From sequence record PQ141284.1: a stretch of 45,491 bases of DNA, one strand, 5' to 3'. Positions 16,654 to 26,263 of this stretch are shown here, in pieces. Every line of letters begins with the position of its first letter. Position 1 is the first letter of the stretch. Made by a program: the position numbers and the translations under genes. Origin of the DNA: Escherichia phage fEg-Eco06. Below the pieces are notes generated by a model that saw only the letters and a program-made list of their open reading frames with translations, had not been told where the DNA came from and did no database searches.

Positions 16654-17045
16654 GTTTCGCGCTTGATGTCTCTAAGTTCGTGGAAAAGGCGAAGAAGAAC
16701 CCTGAGAAGGTGATGCGTCAGGTGTCTATCAAGCTGTTTTCCGCTATTATAAAGGCGAGTCCGGTAGATACTGGTCGGTTTCGCATGAACTGGATGGCAT
16801 CTGGTGGTACTCCTGCTTCCGGGATTACGGATGCTACGGATAAATCAGGAAACACAGCAACCGGAAACGCTACAAGTTTCGTGCTGAAAGCCACCGACTG
16901 GCATGAGTTCACGCTGACAAATAACCTGCCGTATGCACAACGGCTGGAGTATGGCTGGTCGCAACAGGCCCCGCAAGGATTCGTCAGGACTAACGTGTCC
17001 CGCTTCCAGCAACTCATTAACGAAGAAGCTAGCAAGGTGAGATGA
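16650..17045 (+). CDS. tail completion / HK97 gp10-like protein (putative)
   Basis: 131 aa; LPYAQRLEYGWSQQAP segment; position. Confidence 0.45.
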   Translation: MSFALDVSKFVEKAKKNPEKVMRQVSIKLFSAIIKASPVDTGRFRMNWMASGGTPASGITDATDKSGNTATGNATSFVLKATDWHEFTLTNNLPYAQRLEYGWSQQAPQGFVRTNVSRFQQLINEEASKVR

Positions 17046-17458
17046 TGGGCTACTTTGAGGACTTAACAAAAGCGTTTGATGTGCCGCTGGTAGCCTTCGG
17101 AACCACCAACGGCATCAAGGTAGCGCTTGAAAACATCGACGCGCCGACGTCAACAGATACGCCGTATCTGGCAAGTTACATGTTGCTGGCGGATACCGAG
17201 CAGGCTGACTTATTCTTCACGGAACAACGCGCCGGTGTCTATCAGATAGACATTAACTACGCATCGGTGAAAGGTAGCGCGCCAATCAATAAAATGGCAG
17301 ACTTACTTAACACGGCGTTTAAATCAGGTAAGTCATTTTCACGTAACGACATCTGCGCCGAGGTTCAATCGGTTAGCCTGGGGCCGCTGATTGTAGAAAA
17401 CGGATGGGCCAAAAGACCATTGTCAATTAACTTTATTGCATTCACCAAGAGGCTGTGA
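17042..17458 (+). CDS. tail terminator-like protein (putative)
   Basis: 138 aa immediately upstream of major tail gene. Confidence 0.45.
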   Translation: MMGYFEDLTKAFDVPLVAFGTTNGIKVALENIDAPTSTDTPYLASYMLLADTEQADLFFTEQRAGVYQIDINYASVKGSAPINKMADLLNTAFKSGKSFSRNDICAEVQSVSLGPLIVENGWAKRPLSINFIAFTKRL

Positions 17459-17460
17459 AT

Positions 17461-18627
17461 ATGGCTACAACTCCTTTTAAGGGCGCGAATACCGCGCAAT
17501 TCTATGTGGCGGAAACTACCCCGGGCGTAACACCGGCTAACCCGGTATGGTCGCCACTGCGTAACACAGGCGGCGTTCCTGCCATTACCCGTGACACACT
17601 GACCTCCAACGAACTGGACGGCAGCCGCGAAACTACATCCATCCGCACCGGTAACAAGCAGGTTAGCGGTGAATATGCTATTGAGCTTAGCTCGAAAAGC
17701 CAGGATGACTGGCTAGCCGGGGCTTTAGGCTCTACGTGGCAGGCTGGCGTATCTCTGTCAGGGCTATCGATTACCGTCGCACCGGCTGGCAAGACGTTCA
17801 CACGTGCCACCGGCAGCTTTATCACTGACGGAGTTGGGGTAGGCGACCTGATTGCGTTTACCGATTTAACTGGCGATAATGCAAAACCATTTATTGTTAC
17901 TGCAGTAACGGCTACGGTTGTTACTGGTGCAGGCATCCAACACACCCTGACCACCGAGACAAAAACTAGTAAGGCTAAAACTGGCGACACGCTGGAAACC
18001 GGTAATACGTGTAAGACGTTCTCTATCCTTACCTGGTACAAAGGCCAGTGCGGCGGTACTGACGCGTACACGTTAACCAAAGGCGTGGAAGTTTCTGGTT
18101 TTACCATCGAACAGGCTGTTAACGCGATGGTAACTGGCAGCTTCCCATTCATCGGTCGCAGTCAGGAGATTCTCACCACGCCGCCGACCGGTTCCAACTT
18201 CTCATCTGTCACTTTTGGTGATGAGCCGTTTTCTTCGGTTGACGTTTCCGTGTTCGATGGTTCTACGCCGTTGCGATGCGACAGTCTGACTATCACCAAC
18301 GATAACAGCGCGTCCGCGCAGTTCGAACTTGGTAACACTAACGTAGCGTTTGTTGAGCGTAGCCGCGCGGCTAACACTTTCTCCATCTCCGGCAAGCTGT
18401 ACGACATGGCGATGATTCAGAAGTTTATCAACGAACAGCAGGTAGAGATTAACTCTATTCTGGCGGGGGTAAACGGGGCTATGTCTTTCAGTTTGAAACG
18501 CGCAGAGCTTACGGCGGTTACACCAGAGATTGGCGGACCTGAGTCAATCACTCAGTCCATTGAGGGGCAGGCCACCGGCAACCAGTACCAGTCGTCTATC
18601 GTAATTCAACGTATCACCTACGCATAA
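17461..18627 (+). CDS. major tail protein (putative)
   Basis: 388 aa from ATG 17461; last gene before tail chaperones; followed by strong terminator. Confidence 0.55.
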   Translation: MATTPFKGANTAQFYVAETTPGVTPANPVWSPLRNTGGVPAITRDTLTSNELDGSRETTSIRTGNKQVSGEYAIELSSKSQDDWLAGALGSTWQAGVSLSGLSITVAPAGKTFTRATGSFITDGVGVGDLIAFTDLTGDNAKPFIVTAVTATVVTGAGIQHTLTTETKTSKAKTGDTLETGNTCKTFSILTWYKGQCGGTDAYTLTKGVEVSGFTIEQAVNAMVTGSFPFIGRSQEILTTPPTGSNFSSVTFGDEPFSSVDVSVFDGSTPLRCDSLTITNDNSASAQFELGNTNVAFVERSRAANTFSISGKLYDMAMIQKFINEQQVEINSILAGVNGAMSFSLKRAELTAVTPEIGGPESITQSIEGQATGNQYQSSIVIQRITYA

Positions 18628-18632
18628 AACTA

Positions 18633-18656
18633 AGGCCCCTTTCGGGGCCTTTTTCT
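18633..18656. terminator. bidirectional intrinsic terminator
   Basis: AGGCCCC / GGGGCCT stem with TTTC loop and T5 run; between convergent + tail gene and - kinase gene. Confidence 0.7.
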
Positions 18657-19210
18657 TACAAACCTAATTTTAAAGCAATGTCTATAACGTTCGATTTAAC
18701 GTCACCCGGTATGATGTAGGTGTCGTAATCTTTTACACCACTAACATCATACAGATAGCCACGGCTATCGCCGATGAACGTATAGCCGTCACGATGGAGG
18801 CGAACGATTTGCACGTCATGCCCTGCGGCGACGATAGGGGCAACTTCACTGGCGAATCCACCGTCGGACACTACAAAAACTTCGTCGCCGTCAGGCAAGT
18901 TTTCAGCAAGATACTTACCGAAATAATCATCGCCGAATACCGGTTTAATGAATTGCTCAGAAATGGCAATCATTAACTGGCGGCGGGACAACCCATTAAG
19001 AAAACCCTCGGGTTTTTCTTTCCGCGCCCGGTCGTCGTAGCCGTCGAGAAATTCGTGGTAAGCATCCTGGCCTAACGCTGCCAAAGCAATATTGAACATC
19101 GGATTCTTGAAACGGGTAGTTCCTTTCGCAAAGCCCATCTCTACCAGCGCCCTAGCAAGTGTGTCTTTCCCACAACCAGCAGGGCCATTAAGAATAATTA
19201 CCTTAGCCAT
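18656..19210 (-). CDS. P-loop kinase (nucleotide or polynucleotide kinase-like)
   Basis: 184 aa; Walker A GPAGCGKDT at N-terminus. Confidence 0.65.
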   Translation of the reverse strand: MAKVIILNGPAGCGKDTLARALVEMGFAKGTTRFKNPMFNIALAALGQDAYHEFLDGYDDRARKEKPEGFLNGLSRRQLMIAISEQFIKPVFGDDYFGKYLAENLPDGDEVFVVSDGGFASEVAPIVAAGHDVQIVRLHRDGYTFIGDSRGYLYDVSGVKDYDTYIIPGDVKSNVIDIALKLGL

Positions 19211-19698
19211 TACTTATCACTCCCGTGTGATTTTAAGTGTGTAGAGTCCCCGTTACAGTCGTACTCAGTGACCGCGTGTGTCGTGATTCCTAAGCCACGG
19301 AAATGCTTAATCACCGCGGGAGAGTCGTCGAATGCGCACAAGATTCTTTCCAGTCCGAAAGCACGCAACACCTCTTCTTTAATTACGATGTCTTTTCTGT
19401 TGTCGTGTTTGCTGCGCATGATTAGCGTGTCAAACCTAACGTTATTCTCTCGTAACCATTCGCGAGTCTCCTCCTCAGCGTCATCACTTCGCCCGGTAAG
19501 GATAATTATAGTAAGTCCGGAATGCCACAGTACGCTACACAAATGGATATTGTCGTATATCGGAGCGTCATCTTTGCAGGCCATGTTAAATGGCTTCCAC
19601 GCCCACGTTTCTCCGTAGTTATCTTTTGGTAACAGGTGTAAGCGATGGGTACCGTCGGCCAATGTCCCGTCTAAATCGAAAATTACAATATCTTTCAT
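19210..19698 (-). CDS. HAD-family phosphatase, polynucleotide kinase 3'-phosphatase-like
   Basis: 162 aa; FDLDGTLA motif I; TGRSD and KDIVIKEE segments resemble the T4 Pnk phosphatase domain (from memory). Confidence 0.65.
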   Translation of the reverse strand: MKDIVIFDLDGTLADGTHRLHLLPKDNYGETWAWKPFNMACKDDAPIYDNIHLCSVLWHSGLTIIILTGRSDDAEEETREWLRENNVRFDTLIMRSKHDNRKDIVIKEEVLRAFGLERILCAFDDSPAVIKHFRGLGITTHAVTEYDCNGDSTHLKSHGSDK

Positions 19699-20825
19699 CC
19701 CAGCATCTCCGGTGAAATAGTTAAACGTGCGACCTCGCCATATTCGGCGCTATAAGTAATTACATTTGCACTGCGGCCCGACATCCATCCGCCGCGAGAG
19801 GCGTAGGCGTCTTTAGCCGCTAAGGTGCGGTGTTGCTCAACAATCATGTTACGGCTTTCTACAATCTTCTGGTGGTGCAGATGTCCTACGTGGGCGTAGC
19901 TGTAAACACTCTCGCCGAACGCTTTACGGAACTTGGCAATCATAACCGGTTCGATAGCGTCGAATCGTGCTTTATGCCCGTGATGGAAGAACAGCGTCGT
20001 TTTGCCGTGTTGCACCATCTTATAAACATCCGGCGACGTATCGACGAATACACGAGGCTCGTTGTCGTACAGTGTGCTGAACATCTCCGCCAGCCAAATC
20101 ATCCCGGATTCGTCGTGGTTCCCCTGAACTATAAGCAAGCGAACAGTTTTATGCTTAACCAGAGCCATATCAACAACACGGCGGACCATGCGAATCATGT
20201 AGCGGACAAGTTTCTGGTAACGCGTGTCGGCGTCAAGGACATGACCACTCGCCGGTGTAACGGCGTCAAGACTATCGAAGTGAGCTAAGTCGCCAAGAAG
20301 ATTAATAACCCCCGTACCTGCATCCGGTGCTTTCTGAAACGCAGCATCAAACCAACGAGAGAATAAGTCCTCCGCGATTTTCATATCCCAGTCGTCGCCG
20401 CTCTCGTCAGCCCAGGCTAACATACCGAGATGGAAATCAGACACGGTGTACAGGTTAAGCAGCTTGTCGTCACGTTTAGCCCGGGCGGCCTTAACTGGCG
20501 GAACGGGAGTAATCTCCGACTTCATGCCTTCGACTACGGCTTTCATCAACTCAACCTGACGTTCGGCATCGGTGTCTGTCTTAACCCACTGCAACTTAGT
20601 GTTACCGAACTCGTCCACCAGAGACGACGTGCCTTTAATCTTGTAGCCGTCTGGTACAAGGTGGCTTACGTCCCGCCCGTGGCCTACGCCTTTCTTAGCC
20701 AGCTTCGCTTTACGGATTCGGATAACGCGGTCTGAGATTCCGTATTTACGGGCGATATCGATATTCTTCATCCCGGCGTTCAATTCTTCCTGTAATTGCT
20801 CGTCGGTTATTTTCTTCTGGGCCAT
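19695..20825 (-). CDS. calcineurin-like metallophosphoesterase with N-terminal HTH-like region
   Basis: 376 aa; DFHLG, GDLAHFD, GNHD, HHGH, GHLHH metal-binding motifs; GAGGAAG RBS. Confidence 0.7.
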   Translation of the reverse strand: MAQKKITDEQLQEELNAGMKNIDIARKYGISDRVIRIRKAKLAKKGVGHGRDVSHLVPDGYKIKGTSSLVDEFGNTKLQWVKTDTDAERQVELMKAVVEGMKSEITPVPPVKAARAKRDDKLLNLYTVSDFHLGMLAWADESGDDWDMKIAEDLFSRWFDAAFQKAPDAGTGVINLLGDLAHFDSLDAVTPASGHVLDADTRYQKLVRYMIRMVRRVVDMALVKHKTVRLLIVQGNHDESGMIWLAEMFSTLYDNEPRVFVDTSPDVYKMVQHGKTTLFFHHGHKARFDAIEPVMIAKFRKAFGESVYSYAHVGHLHHQKIVESRNMIVEQHRTLAAKDAYASRGGWMSGRSANVITYSAEYGEVARLTISPEMLG

Positions 20826-20863
20826 GCTTACTTCCTCGTGTTTAGGATTTGTCTTATAGTAGC

Positions 20864-21082
20864 CTACTTCTCTTTCACGTTCGAGTTACAAGCCCAGATT
20901 AAAATGAATACCCACGGCAACAGAATCCACCCGAGAAATAAGTTAGCCATGAATATCGCCAGCTTTGCTTTATGGTTACGCATATGTGCCACCAAAAACG
21001 GGATAAAATAAACGGCTACAAAAATAATTAAGAAGAACATAGTGATACCGGTCATAACATAACTCCTGATTTGAGATAACAT
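20864..21082 (-). CDS. small two-TM membrane protein, superinfection-immunity-like (putative)
   Basis: track ORF; likely true start is the internal ATG (MTGITMFF, near 21055) preceded by AGGAG; two hydrophobic helices; first gene after the 21099-21127 promoter. Confidence 0.45.
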   Translation of the reverse strand: MLSQIRSYVMTGITMFFLIIFVAVYFIPFLVAHMRNHKAKLAIFMANLFLGWILLPWVFILIWACNSNVKEK

Positions 21083-21098
21083 CGTTGGTGTAAGTGAA

Positions 21099-21127
21099 TA
21101 GTACGCTATTATATTGGGGTGTGCAAG
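21099..21127 (-). promoter_or_regulatory. sigma70-like promoter (TTGCAC-N17-TACTAT family)
   Basis: minus strand TTGCAC (21127-21122), 17-bp spacer, TACTAT (21104-21099). Confidence 0.55.
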
Positions 21128-21233
21128 TAGTGTGCTAGAATAATTTTGCGCCTAGTGTCGCACACGAAAAGCGGGTGGTTCCCGTCTGGCGCATTTCCTT
21201 TAACCAGTAACCTCTTAACCAAAGGATTAAAGA

Positions 21234-21650
21234 ATGAAACTTTCTGATTTTTATTACGAAGCGGAAGCCGAAAAGGGCGCACGTATGCCGATACCGCTAA
21301 AAGACGGTACTGATTCCGGGGAATGGCTTAATGTTGTTTCTCCTGAGGCGGACGTTGCCGTTAAGGCTATGCGCGCGTTCACCCTTGCATACCGGGCAGT
21401 ATTAGGGAAATTAAAACCGCTTCGTGATAAGTGCGAAGAGATGAAAGATTTCTCTGAATACAACCTGAAGATGGAAGACGCGGCGACGGACCTTAACCGT
21501 CAGTTAGCGATTGAATTGGTTAACGGGTGGAGTCTTGACGACGAATTCAATAAAGAGAATCTGAACACACTCCTGACGCAATATAAACGACTCGCGGAAC
21601 TTGTTGTTGTGTTTCATAACGAACAACTGCACCAGCTACAGGAAAAGTAG
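21234..21650 (+). CDS. tail assembly chaperone (G-like)
   Basis: 138 aa directly upstream of tape measure gene; followed by -1 frame ORF. Confidence 0.55.
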   Translation: MKLSDFYYEAEAEKGARMPIPLKDGTDSGEWLNVVSPEADVAVKAMRAFTLAYRAVLGKLKPLRDKCEEMKDFSEYNLKMEDAATDLNRQLAIELVNGWSLDDEFNKENLNTLLTQYKRLAELVVVFHNEQLHQLQEK

Positions 21651-21655
21651 ACGCG

Positions 21656-22015
21656 TTGCTCCAGTTCGCCCGTTGGAACTTCATAACCCGCCACAAACGG
21701 CGGGAATTTGACAGTATCGCCGATGGGCATAAAGCCGCGCTAATTGCTATGGGGGTTATGCAAGACGCGCCGGATGCAACGCAGGCCGCTGGGCCGGAAT
21801 GCCCCCCTGAGCTACTAACCACATTTGAGAAGTACAGGGAAATTAAATTCACCCGCCGAGTGGACGACGACGGCATCAAGATGTACCCGCGCGAGCAATT
21901 ACGATGGTCAGATTTAGTGGCGTACAGCACCGTTTCAGGCCAGAATATAGGGATGTTCGAATCCGACATCATCATGAGCTTAGACGCTATTTTCGAGGGT
22001 AGAAACGATGGCTGA
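21656..22015 (+). CDS. tail assembly chaperone frameshift extension (T-like)
   Basis: -1 frame relative to 21234 gene, open from 21620; slippery-like GGAAAAG at 21641-21647 just before the upstream stop. Confidence 0.45.
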   Translation: MLQFARWNFITRHKRREFDSIADGHKAALIAMGVMQDAPDATQAAGPECPPELLTTFEKYREIKFTRRVDDDGIKMYPREQLRWSDLVAYSTVSGQNIGMFESDIIMSLDAIFEGRNDG

Positions 22016-24347
22016 TGTAGCTAGTTTAGTAGTAAAAGTAACAGAGCAAGGCGCGAAAGCCACATCAGACCGTCTTGACAACCTTTCAAAGTCCGCAAAA
22101 GTAGCGGGGGCCGCCGTAGCAGGCCTTGCTTCTATCGTAGCGGCTACCGCGTATAAAGCTGCCCAAGAACTGGTTGACTCACAGCGGCAACTGGACAAGA
22201 TGTCCGCCAGTTTGAAGACCTTAACAGGAAGTACCCAAGGTGCTAAACAGGCGCTAAGTATCCTGCAAGATTTTGCCCGCGATACCCCATACGGACTGGA
22301 GCAGGCGGTGGAAGGCTTCCGTAAGCTGGTGGCCCTTGGCCTTACCCCATCCGAGGAGGCGTTGCGGTCCTACGGCAATACCGCATCGGCTATGGGCAAG
22401 GACCTTAATCAGATGATTGAGGCGGTAGCCGACGCCAGTACGTTTGAGTTCGAACGCCTAAAAGAATTCGGCATCAAAGCCAAGCAGAACAAAAACGACG
22501 TAGAGTTTACATTCCAGGGGACAACAACCGTAGTTAAGAAAAGCGCTGCCGATATTGAGCAGTATTTACTTAATATTGGTAACGTAAATTTTGCCGGTGC
22601 CATGGCGGACCAGGCCAACACCCTTAATGGCGCTATCGCGAGCGCCAGTGACTCATGGTCGCAGCTAAAAATGACGCTTGCCACCAGTCTTGATGTTGGC
22701 GCACTTGCGGAACCTATCAGGTATATCGATGACTTGATCCAGGAATTAAATGCGTCTGTTGCTTCCGGTGAATTAGCCGCTGAAATGCAGATGTGGGGCG
22801 ACATAGCGTCGGAAGTAGGAAGCGCTATCGAGATGTCATTCGACGCTGCGTTTGGCTTTGTTGGTGATGCCATCAACGGGCTTAATGAACTGTGGGATTT
22901 CAGCAGCAAGAGTATTACCGATAGCGGAGAACAAACGGCCACCACCATCGCTGAATCCGCCGCCGATGCTCTTGACTTCATCGCGGAAGAGTTCACCGCG
23001 ATGGAGAGATTCTTTGAAGATATGGTTAAAGGTGCTCAGGACGCTGGCCGTCTTGTACGCGCCGCTTTTACCCCCGGGGAATCAGTAGACGTAGCTAAAA
23101 ATATCAACTTCCAGCTTGGCATGGCTTTGGGTACCCAGCGCGATGTCGCCGACGTTACGCGTAAAAGTTTCCGCGAACAGGTAGAAGCTCAACAGGATAT
23201 TGTAGCGTTAAAACGCGCGGCGTATGACATCGATAAGGAGTCCGCAAAAGCTGAGGGGTTAAACAAATTTAAGGTAACCGAAACCGGCGGCGGTTCTGAC
23301 GATGACGGGTCAGCCGCAAAAGCCGCTAAGAAAGCAGCGGACGCGTTCGAGCGCCAGAAAAAGGCGGCGGAAGACTTCTACTATCAGTCAATCCATCTTA
23401 ATGATGACGTATTTCAGAAAATAGAAGCTAACCAGGAAGAGCAACTGTCTAAGTTGCAGGATTTTTATAGCAATAAGCTTCTTAGCGACCAACAGTACGA
23501 AAACGCCAAGACGCAGATTATGCTCTCTGCCGAACAGGCCCGCCAGGAAGAACTGGACAAGAAAAGGAAAGAAGCCCAGGAGAAGCAGCAGAAAGGTGAT
23601 GATTTCATGGCTCAGATTATGGGCCAGAACGCCACCGAGCTTGAGCTTCTGGATATTCAGGAACAGCAGAAACTGGCGGTAGCCGATAAGTACCGGGAAC
23701 AAGGTCTGATTAGCGAGAAGCAGTATCAGGCCGCGCTTAACGCCATCAACGAGCAGTACGCAACCAAGCGTGCCGACGCAACGGCAACAGCTTTCGGTAA
23801 CATGGCCTCAAACATCGGGTCTGCGTTGGGCGAGGCTTCTGGCGCGTATAAGGCATTCGCTATCGTACAGGCTACTATAGCCACGTACACCGCAGCTATT
23901 GAGGCATACAAGTCAACGGCGGCTATCCCTGTAGTCGGTCCGTTCCTGGCCCCAGTAGCCGCTGCTGCTGCTGTTGGGGCCGGTATGGCGCAGGTTTCCG
24001 CTATCAGGTCCGCGCGTGAACAGGGCGGTCAGTTATCAGCAGGACAGGCATCTACCATCGCCGAACGCGGTAAACCTGAGGTAATTATGCCGGCGGGGGC
24101 GTCGCGAGTACGCACCGCGCAACAAATGAAAGAGATTATGGGCCAAAACGGGTCTTCTTCCGGCCCATCTAATGTTACTATCGTAAACAACACGAGTTCG
24201 CAAATCGGCAACGTATCTACTGAACAGGATGATGAAGGGCGTCTGCGCATCATCATCGAGGAGCAGGTAGCTGCCTCTTTGCAGAACAGTAATAGTAAGA
24301 TTAGCAAGGCCCGCAAGGCCACAAGAAACGCGCCGGGGTTTAAATAA
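22008..24347 (+). CDS. tail tape measure protein
   Basis: 779 aa, A/Q/E-rich largely helical, positioned after chaperone pair. Confidence 0.8.
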   Translation: MADVASLVVKVTEQGAKATSDRLDNLSKSAKVAGAAVAGLASIVAATAYKAAQELVDSQRQLDKMSASLKTLTGSTQGAKQALSILQDFARDTPYGLEQAVEGFRKLVALGLTPSEEALRSYGNTASAMGKDLNQMIEAVADASTFEFERLKEFGIKAKQNKNDVEFTFQGTTTVVKKSAADIEQYLLNIGNVNFAGAMADQANTLNGAIASASDSWSQLKMTLATSLDVGALAEPIRYIDDLIQELNASVASGELAAEMQMWGDIASEVGSAIEMSFDAAFGFVGDAINGLNELWDFSSKSITDSGEQTATTIAESAADALDFIAEEFTAMERFFEDMVKGAQDAGRLVRAAFTPGESVDVAKNINFQLGMALGTQRDVADVTRKSFREQVEAQQDIVALKRAAYDIDKESAKAEGLNKFKVTETGGGSDDDGSAAKAAKKAADAFERQKKAAEDFYYQSIHLNDDVFQKIEANQEEQLSKLQDFYSNKLLSDQQYENAKTQIMLSAEQARQEELDKKRKEAQEKQQKGDDFMAQIMGQNATELELLDIQEQQKLAVADKYREQGLISEKQYQAALNAINEQYATKRADATATAFGNMASNIGSALGEASGAYKAFAIVQATIATYTAAIEAYKSTAAIPVVGPFLAPVAAAAAVGAGMAQVSAIRSAREQGGQLSAGQASTIAERGKPEVIMPAGASRVRTAQQMKEIMGQNGSSSGPSNVTIVNNTSSQIGNVSTEQDDEGRLRIIIEEQVAASLQNSNSKISKARKATRNAPGFK

Positions 24348-25744
24348 TGAGCGACTTATACTTTCCACGTAGCCTTAAGCCGGTGGTATCAAAAGGCTAC
24401 TCAATGACCAGACGTAACAACGTCTGGAGTGTAGATTTAGCCGGTGGCGGGGTGCGTCAGGGCCGTGACACGTATTACGACGTGTTCCCTGTTAGCGTAA
24501 CCCTGATTACATCCGCAATGGGGCGACAGGCGTTTCTGTCGTTCCTCGAAAAAGTAGACGGCGGTGCGTCAAGTTTCTGGATGGCGCACGACTTCGGCAT
24601 GGGCATTGAGGATTACCAGGTAACAATTACATCCACCATCGCGGAGTCCACCGAAGACGGCATTAACTGGACGATTACCTTCACGGCAACCGCCGAGAAA
24701 TCGCCGTTCCAGGACCAAGAGAACCAGTGCCTGATTAACAATCTTCCAGATTTGTACGGTTGTTACGGGGATTGTCTGGGTAGTTTCCTGAAAATATACG
24801 CGAACTACGAAACTACGTTCCCGCGCATCTGGAGCAATGAATGGCCTGCCGGGTATCCACCGATTAACCTTCTGGCGTCGACTCTTGATAGCCGCATTGT
24901 TTACGATGGGCCACAGGTTTACTACATCAACAGAAATGGCAATCTTGTGCAGTCCGCCGCCAATGAATGGCCTCTTACGTTCATTGATGGTGTTGCGGTC
25001 GGGCGTGTGCCGCCAGAATCCACATCCAGCAATATCCTGATTAAATCGTCGAAATTATCTGACGCATCGTGGGTTAAAACTAGAGCAACAGTGTCGGACG
25101 CAGTTGACGGATTTCTAAACGGCGGTACGTTCTCACTAGTCCCGACCCAGACAAACGACAGCCATCTCGTATATCAATCGGTGTCTTCCGCTTTTGCGGA
25201 GGGTGATGTATACACTCTCAGTTACGTTGCTAAGGCATATGGTTATAATTATGCGAGACTTCGCGCCGCTGATGATGCTGGGTTTATCGCGGATTGTGTT
25301 GCTAACTTATCGACAGGGGTTATTTACGCGGGCGCCCCCGGCAGCGATATAGCAGAGCTTGGCGATGGTTGGTATCGATTTACAGAAACGGTAGCTATAC
25401 GCCAGGGCGGCGCATCTTCTCTGCTTTTAGCGTCATGGGTGTACAACAACTCCGCTGTTGGTTCATTTGTCGGTGACGGGGTTAGTGGGATATTAGTGTG
25501 CGCGATGCAAATAGAAAAATCACCTTTTGCCACGTCGCCAATAGTAACAGAATCGTCACCGGTAACCCGAACGACGGCATCAGCAAAAGTAACCATGAAT
25601 GGCGCGACAAGCATTGACATTACCTACTCCGACGGCTCCGTGATAAACGTTCAGGCTGTTGACGGTTACGCCTCCATACCACAAGCGGATTCGGCGTGGG
25701 GTAGTAAATACATCACTCGTATTGATTTTAATGTGGACGGTTAA
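24347..25744 (+). CDS. distal tail / minor tail protein (putative)
   Basis: 465 aa ATGA-coupled to tape measure. Confidence 0.5.
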   Translation: MSDLYFPRSLKPVVSKGYSMTRRNNVWSVDLAGGGVRQGRDTYYDVFPVSVTLITSAMGRQAFLSFLEKVDGGASSFWMAHDFGMGIEDYQVTITSTIAESTEDGINWTITFTATAEKSPFQDQENQCLINNLPDLYGCYGDCLGSFLKIYANYETTFPRIWSNEWPAGYPPINLLASTLDSRIVYDGPQVYYINRNGNLVQSAANEWPLTFIDGVAVGRVPPESTSSNILIKSSKLSDASWVKTRATVSDAVDGFLNGGTFSLVPTQTNDSHLVYQSVSSAFAEGDVYTLSYVAKAYGYNYARLRAADDAGFIADCVANLSTGVIYAGAPGSDIAELGDGWYRFTETVAIRQGGASSLLLASWVYNNSAVGSFVGDGVSGILVCAMQIEKSPFATSPIVTESSPVTRTTASAKVTMNGATSIDITYSDGSVINVQAVDGYASIPQADSAWGSKYITRIDFNVDG

Positions 25745-25747
25745 TTT

Positions 25748-26263
25748 ATGAGCCAGGAATCTGTAGAAGCCGCCTATCGCCGTAAGCTGGCCTCAAATCC
25801 CGACGGCGAGATGGACTACATCACGTTGCAAATCAGCCACCCGTTGCTGTCAAAGACGTACTATCTTGTGCGCGGGCTACAGGAACTTACGGCAACGCTG
25901 GAGACGGGAGAAACAATCACGTTCGAACCTACTCCTATGGAAGCGTCGGGTGCGGCTAACAACAGTGATATGGACCAGACGACGACATTTACTTTACCGG
26001 ATATTCTCAATCAACTTGACGATGAGATGGATAAAATCCCGATGAGCAATACCGAGTTGCCGAAGTTCGTCTTCCGCCGTTACGTCAGCACCGACCTGTC
26101 TTACCCGGCGGATGGCCCTGTCGTGTACGAGTTACAGGCCATCAACCAGGAGAAGGGCGAGTTCTCTGCGGATGTCGGTACACCTATGCTGAACCAACGA
26201 AGCACTGGTATACTGATGACACCTAAAGAGATACCGTTATTACGCGGCCTGTTGACTACATGA
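25748..26263 (+). CDS. minor tail protein (putative)
   Basis: 171 aa, position. Confidence 0.45.
   Translation: MSQESVEAAYRRKLASNPDGEMDYITLQISHPLLSKTYYLVRGLQELTATLETGETITFEPTPMEASGAANNSDMDQTTTFTLPDILNQLDDEMDKIPMSNTELPKFVFRRYVSTDLSYPADGPVVYELQAINQEKGEFSADVGTPMLNQRSTGILMTPKEIPLLRGLLTT

Noticed and set aside
17502-18152. 216-aa minus-strand ORF inside the major tail gene
   Set aside because: Antisense frame with low-complexity Pro/Val/Ser-rich translation and no expression signals.
20864-21082. N-terminal nine residues of the track ORF for the small membrane protein
   Set aside because: My base-by-base reading around 21056-21083 did not reproduce the track's first codons, and the internal ATG (MTGITMFF) has a much better AGGAG RBS; I kept the track interval but regard the internal start as the likely one.
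22409-22996. 195-aa minus-strand ORF inside the tape measure gene
   Set aside because: Antisense of an Ala/Gln/Glu-rich gene gives long open frames by composition; no start context or motifs.
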